DNA of 11,336 nucleotides from a virus (Duplodnaviria; Heunggongvirae; Uroviricota; Caudoviricetes): IMG/VR virus record IMGVR_UViG_2681813135_000008; one strand, 5' to 3'. Shown piece by piece: positions 7,062 to 11,336 of this stretch (position 1 is its first letter; each line of letters starts with the position of its first letter). The notes under the pieces were generated by a model. It saw only the letters and a program-made list of their open reading frames with translations, ran no database searches and was not told where the DNA came from. The position numbers and the translations under genes were made by a program.

Positions 7062-10000
7062 TTTGGGGATTGATGCGGCAGAGTTTAAAAATGAAATTCC
7101 CCGTATCAAAAACCTTCTGAATGGTGCAGCCAGCGATGCAGAACGGTCTTCTGCCCGTATGCAGCGTTTTATGGAGCGTCAGACTCAGGCCGCCCGGCAG
7201 ACAACGCAGGCGGCGTCTTCGGCTGCAACAGCCGCATCCGTCCATGCGCAGACGGTGGAGAAGAACGCACAGGCTCATGAACGCATGGCCCGCGAGGTGG
7301 AGAAAACCCGCCAGCGTATGGAGGCACTGAGCCAGAAAATGCGCGAGGAACAGGCGCAGGCCATGGCTCTGGCGGAGGCTCAGGATAAAGCAGCTGCTGC
7401 GTTTTATCGTCAGATTGACAGTGTGAAACAGGCCAGTGCGGGGCTGCAGGAATTACAGCGTATTCAGCAGCAGATCCGACAGGCCAGAAACAGTGGCGGG
7501 ATTGGTCAGCAGGATTATCTGGCGCTGATTTCTGAGGTTACGGCGAAAACCCGTGTTCTTACGCAGGCTGAGGAAGAGGCTACCCGACAGAAAGTGGCGT
7601 TTATCCGTCAGCTTAAAGAGCAGGCAACCCGCCAGAATCTTTCTTCTTCTGAGTTGCTTCGTGCTAAGGCTGCCCAGCTGGGGGTAAGCAGTGCTGCAGA
7701 AGTGTATATCCGCAAAATGGAGCAGGCAGGAAAAGCCACGCATTCGCTGGGTCTGAAAAGTGCAGCGGCCCGCCAGGAGATAGGCGTTCTGATAGGTGAA
7801 CTGGCCCGCGGCAATTTAGGGGCGCTGAGGGGATCCGGGATAACGCTGGCTAACCGTGCCGGATGGATAGACACTCTGATGTCACCGAAAGGCATGATGC
7901 TTGGCGGGGTTATTGGCGGTATTGCCGCGTCCGTCTATGGTCTGGGTAAAGCCTGGTATGACGGTCAGAAGGAGGGGGAAGAATTTAACCGCCAGTTGTC
8001 GCTGACGGGGCATTATGCCGGAGTCACTGCCGGGCAGCTGTGGACGCTCAGTCGTGCTATTTCCGGGAATGGTATCACGCAACATGCTGCAGCCGGTGTG
8101 CTGGCTCAGGTGGTGGGGAGTGGTGCATTTCGTGGAAACGATATCGGTATGGTGGCGAGAGCTGCCGCACAGATGGAGCGATCGGTTGGCCAGTCGGTCA
8201 GCGATACCATAAATCAGTTTAAGCGGCTGAAGGATGATCCTGTAAATGCCGCGAAGGCTCTGGACAATGAGCTGCATTTTCTTACTGCCACTCAGCTTGA
8301 GCAGATACGTGTCCTTGGGGATCAGGGACGGTCCAGTGATGCTGCACGGATAGCCATGTCTGCACTGGCAGAGGAAACCGGTCGGCGTACTGCGGATATT
8401 GATAATAACCTCAATGCGCTTGGCAGTACGCTGAAGTATCTGTCTGATTTATGGAGTCGTTTCTGGGATGCGGCCATGAATATTGGTCGTGAAGACTCGC
8501 TGGATGAACAGATTGCCGCTTTACAGGAGAAAGTGTCGCGGGCGAAAAGACTCCCCTGGACGGCATCATCTTCTCAGGTTGAATACGATCAGCAGCGTCT
8601 TAACGATCTTCAGGAGAAAAAACGCCAGAAGGATTTGCAGGATGCAAAAGAGCAGGCAGAGCGGAATTATCAGGAGCAACAGAAACGACGTAATGCTGAA
8701 AATGCTGCACTGAACCGGATGAATGAAACGGAAGCAGCACGACATCAGCGTGAAATTGCGCGTATTAATGCCATGCAGTACGCCGATCAGGCTGTCAGGG
8801 ATGCAGCGATACAACGTGAAAATGAACGTTACGAGAAAGCCCTGGCATCCGGTAAGAAAAAAACACGCGAAACCCGTAATGATGAGGCCACCCGGTTATT
8901 GCTGCAGTACAGTCAGCAACAGGCACAGGTGGAAGGACAGATTGCTGCTGCAAGACAGTCAGCAGGCATTGCCACTGAAAAGATGACAGAAGCGCATAAA
9001 CAGCTTCTGGCTCTGCAGCAGCGCATCAGCGATCTGGACGGGAAAAAACTGACGGCAGATGAAAAGAGTGTGCTGGCCCGTAAAGATGAACTGATTCAGG
9101 CACTGACGCTGCTGGATGTAAAACAGCAGGAGCTTCAGAAACAGACGGCACTCAACGATCTGAAGAAAAAAACAATTCAGCTGACCAGTCAACTGGCTGA
9201 AGAAGAGCTCGCTCAGCGTCAGCAACATGACCTGGATATCGCCACGGTGGGTATGGGTGATCAGCAGCGGCAGCGATATCAGGTACAACTGAGTCTTCGC
9301 CAGAAATACCAGCAACAGCTGGAGCAGTTGAGGCGGGATAGTGAGCAGAAAGGGACATATAACACGGATGACTACAGAAAGGCCGAGCAGGCGCTGACGG
9401 AGAGCCTGAACCGACAACTGAATGAGAATCGCCGTTACTGGCAACAGCTTGAAGTTGTGCAGGGTAACTGGAAAAACGGAGTCCTGCGTGCATTTCAGGA
9501 TTTTACCGTGGATGCAGACAATACGGCAGGAACAGCAGAACAGGTGTTCTCGTCAGCCTTCAGCAACATGGGAAATGGCCTGGCAACTTTTGTCACTACC
9601 GGCAAACTCAACTTCAAATCCTTCACCTCTTCGGTGCTGTCAGATATGGCGAAAATCCTGGCGCAGGCAACCATGATGAAATCGATAAAAGGGATTGGCA
9701 GTGTACTGGGATTTGATCTCAGCAGCCTTTCCCTGAATGCCAATGGGGGGATTTATCAGTCTGCTGATTTGAGTCGTTACAGTGGCACGGTGGTTAACCG
9801 TCCGACGTTTTTTGCTTTTGCAAAAGGCGCGGGTGTGATGGGGGAAGCGGGACCTGAAGCCATTCTGCCACTGCGTCGTGGTGCTGACGGTAAGCTGGGG
9901 GTTGTGGCGGATATTGGTGGTTCAGGTATGGCGATGTTTGCCCCGCAGTACAACATCGAGATCAATAACGATGGCACGAACGGGCAGATAGGTCCGGCTG

Positions 10001-10098
10001 CCCTGAAGGTGGTTTATGACCTTGGGAAAAAAGCGGCAGCGGACTTTATGCAACAGCAGGCCCGTGATGGTGGTCGGTTAAGTGGAGCATATCGGTAA
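7033..10098 (+). CDS. H: Tail tape measure protein, lambda H-like (1021 aa)
   Basis: GGAGG at 7020-7024, ATG 7033 (spacing 8), overlapping the end of T. Very long A/Q/E/R-rich coiled-coil-type sequence with a hydrophobic Gly-rich segment (LMSPKGMMLGGVIGGIAASVYGLG) and a C-terminal region (...RPTFFAFAKGAGVMGEAGPEAILPLRRGADGKLGV...) typical of lambda-family tape measure proteins. Stop TAA 10096-10098 overlaps the M start (TAATG). Confidence 0.9.
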   Translation: MDQIANLVIDLGIDAAEFKNEIPRIKNLLNGAASDAERSSARMQRFMERQTQAARQTTQAASSAATAASVHAQTVEKNAQAHERMAREVEKTRQRMEALSQKMREEQAQAMALAEAQDKAAAAFYRQIDSVKQASAGLQELQRIQQQIRQARNSGGIGQQDYLALISEVTAKTRVLTQAEEEATRQKVAFIRQLKEQATRQNLSSSELLRAKAAQLGVSSAAEVYIRKMEQAGKATHSLGLKSAAARQEIGVLIGELARGNLGALRGSGITLANRAGWIDTLMSPKGMMLGGVIGGIAASVYGLGKAWYDGQKEGEEFNRQLSLTGHYAGVTAGQLWTLSRAISGNGITQHAAAGVLAQVVGSGAFRGNDIGMVARAAAQMERSVGQSVSDTINQFKRLKDDPVNAAKALDNELHFLTATQLEQIRVLGDQGRSSDAARIAMSALAEETGRRTADIDNNLNALGSTLKYLSDLWSRFWDAAMNIGREDSLDEQIAALQEKVSRAKRLPWTASSSQVEYDQQRLNDLQEKKRQKDLQDAKEQAERNYQEQQKRRNAENAALNRMNETEAARHQREIARINAMQYADQAVRDAAIQRENERYEKALASGKKKTRETRNDEATRLLLQYSQQQAQVEGQIAAARQSAGIATEKMTEAHKQLLALQQRISDLDGKKLTADEKSVLARKDELIQALTLLDVKQQELQKQTALNDLKKKTIQLTSQLAEEELAQRQQHDLDIATVGMGDQQRQRYQVQLSLRQKYQQQLEQLRRDSEQKGTYNTDDYRKAEQALTESLNRQLNENRRYWQQLEVVQGNWKNGVLRAFQDFTVDADNTAGTAEQVFSSAFSNMGNGLATFVTTGKLNFKSFTSSVLSDMAKILAQATMMKSIKGIGSVLGFDLSSLSLNANGGIYQSADLSRYSGTVVNRPTFFAFAKGAGVMGEAGPEAILPLRRGADGKLGVVADIGGSGMAMFAPQYNIEINNDGTNGQIGPAALKVVYDLGKKAAADFMQQQARDGGRLSGAYR

Positions 10099-10427
10099 TG
10101 GAGACGTTTCACTGGAAAGTGCGCCCGGATATGAATGTGGTATCAGAGCCGAAAGTGGTGACAGTGAAGCTGGGCGATGGTTATGAACAGCGTCGTGCGG
10201 CGGGACTGAATAACCAGTTGTCGACTTACAGCGTGACGATACGTGTTCGTAAATGTGAACACCCATCTTTAAAAGCCTTTCTGGAACGGCACGGTGGCGT
10301 CCGCGCATTTCAGTGGACGCCACCTTATGACTGGAAGCCGATCAGGGTGGTTTGTCGTAAATGGTCGGCAAGCGTGGGGGCGTTGTGGGTAACCATAACG
10401 GCAGATTTTGAACAGGTCGTGGCATAG
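10098..10427 (+). CDS. M: Minor tail (tail tip) protein, lambda M homolog
   Basis: Translation METFHWKVRPDMNVVSEPKVVTVKLGDGYEQRRAAGLNNQLSTYSVTI...HGGVRAFQWTPPYDWKPIRVVCRKWSA...ADFEQVV aligns with lambda gpM (MKTFRWKVKPGMDVASVPSVRKVRFGDGYSQRAPAGLNANLKTYSVTL...). Stop TAG 10425-10427. Confidence 0.9.
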   Translation: METFHWKVRPDMNVVSEPKVVTVKLGDGYEQRRAAGLNNQLSTYSVTIRVRKCEHPSLKAFLERHGGVRAFQWTPPYDWKPIRVVCRKWSASVGALWVTITADFEQVVA

Positions 10428-10436
10428 GAGTCTCTG

Positions 10437-11132
10437 ATGCAGGATATTCCACAGGAAACACATCATGAGACGACACGCCTCACTCAGTCAGCCCAGGTGG
10501 TGCTCTGGGAAATCGATCTGACAGTGGTCGGTGGAGAACGTTATTTTTTCTGTAATGAGCAGAACGAAAAAGGTGAGCCGATCACCTGGCAGGGGCGACA
10601 GTATCAGGCGTATCCCATTCAGGGGACGGGATTTGAACTGAACGGCAAGGGCAGTGCTGCCCGTCCGACACTGACGGTTTCTAACCTGCACGGCATGGTC
10701 ACCGCGATGGCGGAAGACCTGCAGAGTCTGGTCGGAGGAACGGTGGTCCGGCGTAAGGTTTACGCCCGTTTTCTGGATGCGGTGAACTTCGTCAACGGAA
10801 ACAGTGACGCCGATCCGGAGCAGGAGGTGATCAGCCGCTGGCGCATTGAGCAGTGCAGCGAACTGAGCGCGGTGAGTGCCTCTTTTGTACTGTCCACGCC
10901 GACGGAAACGGACGGCGCTGTTTTTCCGGGACGTATCATGCTGGCCAACACCTGCACCTGGACCTATCGCGGCGATGAGTGCGGTTATCACGGTCCGGCA
11001 GTCGCGGATGAATATGACCAGCCGACGTCCGATATCACGAAGGATAAATGCAGCAAATGCCTGAGCGGCTGTAAGTTTCGCAATAACGTCGGCAACTTTG
11101 GCGGCTTCCTTTCCATTAACAAACTTTCGCAG
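10437..11132 (+). CDS. L: Minor tail (tail tip) protein, lambda L homolog; 232 codons present, stop codon lost in the N-run
   Basis: AGGAG at 10426-10430, ATG 10437. Translation MQDIPQETHHETTRLTQSAQVVLWEIDLTVVGGERYFFCNEQNEKGEPITWQGRQYQAYPIQG...CSKCLSGCKFRNNVGNFGGFLSINKLSQ is near-identical to lambda gpL as I recall it. The ORF runs exactly to the gap at 11133. Confidence 0.9.
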
Positions 11133-11142
11133 NNNNNNNNNN
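11133..11142. other. Run of 10 N: assembly gap / contig join
   Basis: Ten consecutive n. The sequence after it is AT-rich and unrelated to lambda K, which would normally follow L. Confidence 0.9.
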
Positions 11143-11143
11143 A

Positions 11144-11336
11144 GCCACTCGATTTAGCGTGGCCGCCTGGCGTTATGCTTCGCAGGATTACAGGACATTC
11201 AGCGACCATCTTTACGAAAATGATAAACACTATCATCAGAGTGATTATAATGATTTTTATGATATTGGCAGAAAAAATAGCCTTTCTGCCAATATTATGC
11301 AACCTTTATCCAATAATCTGGGAAATGTATCATTAA
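11144..11336 (+). CDS. Internal fragment of an unidentified protein-coding gene (partial at both ends), AT-rich
   Basis: The frame starting at 11144 is open for all 64 codons to the window end despite AT-rich composition: ATRFSVAAWRYASQDYRTFSDHLYENDKHYHQSDYNDFYDIGRKNSLSANIMQPLSNNLGNVSL. The minus-strand frame is also open but encodes an implausible Ile-rich mirror sequence. No recognisable family. Confidence 0.4.

Larger units (their letters stand above)
371..11132 (+). mobile_element. Lambdoid (pro)phage late structural region, partial (portal to tail protein L); both ends cut by N-runs
   Basis: Uninterrupted same-strand array of head and tail genes with lambda-like order Z-U-V-G/T-H-M-L, overlapping stop/start codons, and direct protein similarity to lambda U, V, G, M and L. 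Confidence 0.9.

Noticed and set aside
7121-7330. Arg-rich 69-aa ORF in an alternative frame at the 5' end of the tape measure gene
   Set aside because: It is an off-frame reading of a GC-rich coiled-coil coding region, with implausible composition and no translation signals.
8959-9493. Minus-strand ORFs of 161 aa and 113 aa (8959-9444, 9152-9493) inside the tape measure gene
   Set aside because: They are fully embedded antisense to a well-supported gene, have no convincing RBS, and have Leu/Gln/Cys-rich composition typical of the reverse complement of a Q/E/L-rich coiled-coil region.
10437-11336. 299-aa plus ORF reading from L through the second N-run to the window end, and minus ORF 10988-11302 spanning the same gap
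   Set aside because: Lambda L is 232 aa and the homolog reaches exactly that length at the gap; the continuation is in a different piece of DNA. The real coding frame after the gap is more likely the frame starting at 11144.
1-11336. Search for CRISPR repeats, tRNA/rRNA genes, integrase or att sites, toxin-antitoxin pairs or defence-system-like genes
   Set aside because: No regularly spaced direct repeats, no tRNA-like structure and no ORF outside the canonical structural set were seen; every spacer between genes is 86 bp or less. Nothing in the sequence supports a novel system in this window.

Overview
The window is not one contiguous locus: two runs of 10 N (361-370 and 11133-11142) split it into three pieces. 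Piece 1 (1-360) is the 5' end of a glutamate decarboxylase gene (gadB-type N-terminus), which points to an Escherichia/Shigella-type host. Piece 2 (371-11132) is a tightly packed, single-strand late structural module of a lambdoid (pro)phage: a 5'-truncated portal gene, a ClpP-like prohead protease fused in one ORF to a scaffold-like linker and major capsid domain, two small head-completion genes, then lambda-like tail genes Z, U, V, G/GT (programmed -1 frameshift), H (tape measure, 1021 codons), M and L. Piece 3 (11143-11336) is a short, AT-rich fragment with an open frame of unknown identity. Lambda homologies are from my recollection of the lambda protein sequences, not from a search. I see no CRISPR array, tRNA/rRNA, integrase, toxin-antitoxin pair, defence-like gene or moron insertion in this window. 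I do not see a previously undescribed system here: the phage region looks like an ordinary, well-described structural module, and the most interesting points are the protease-capsid fusion, the recoding site, the internal terminators and the unidentified AT-rich end fragment.
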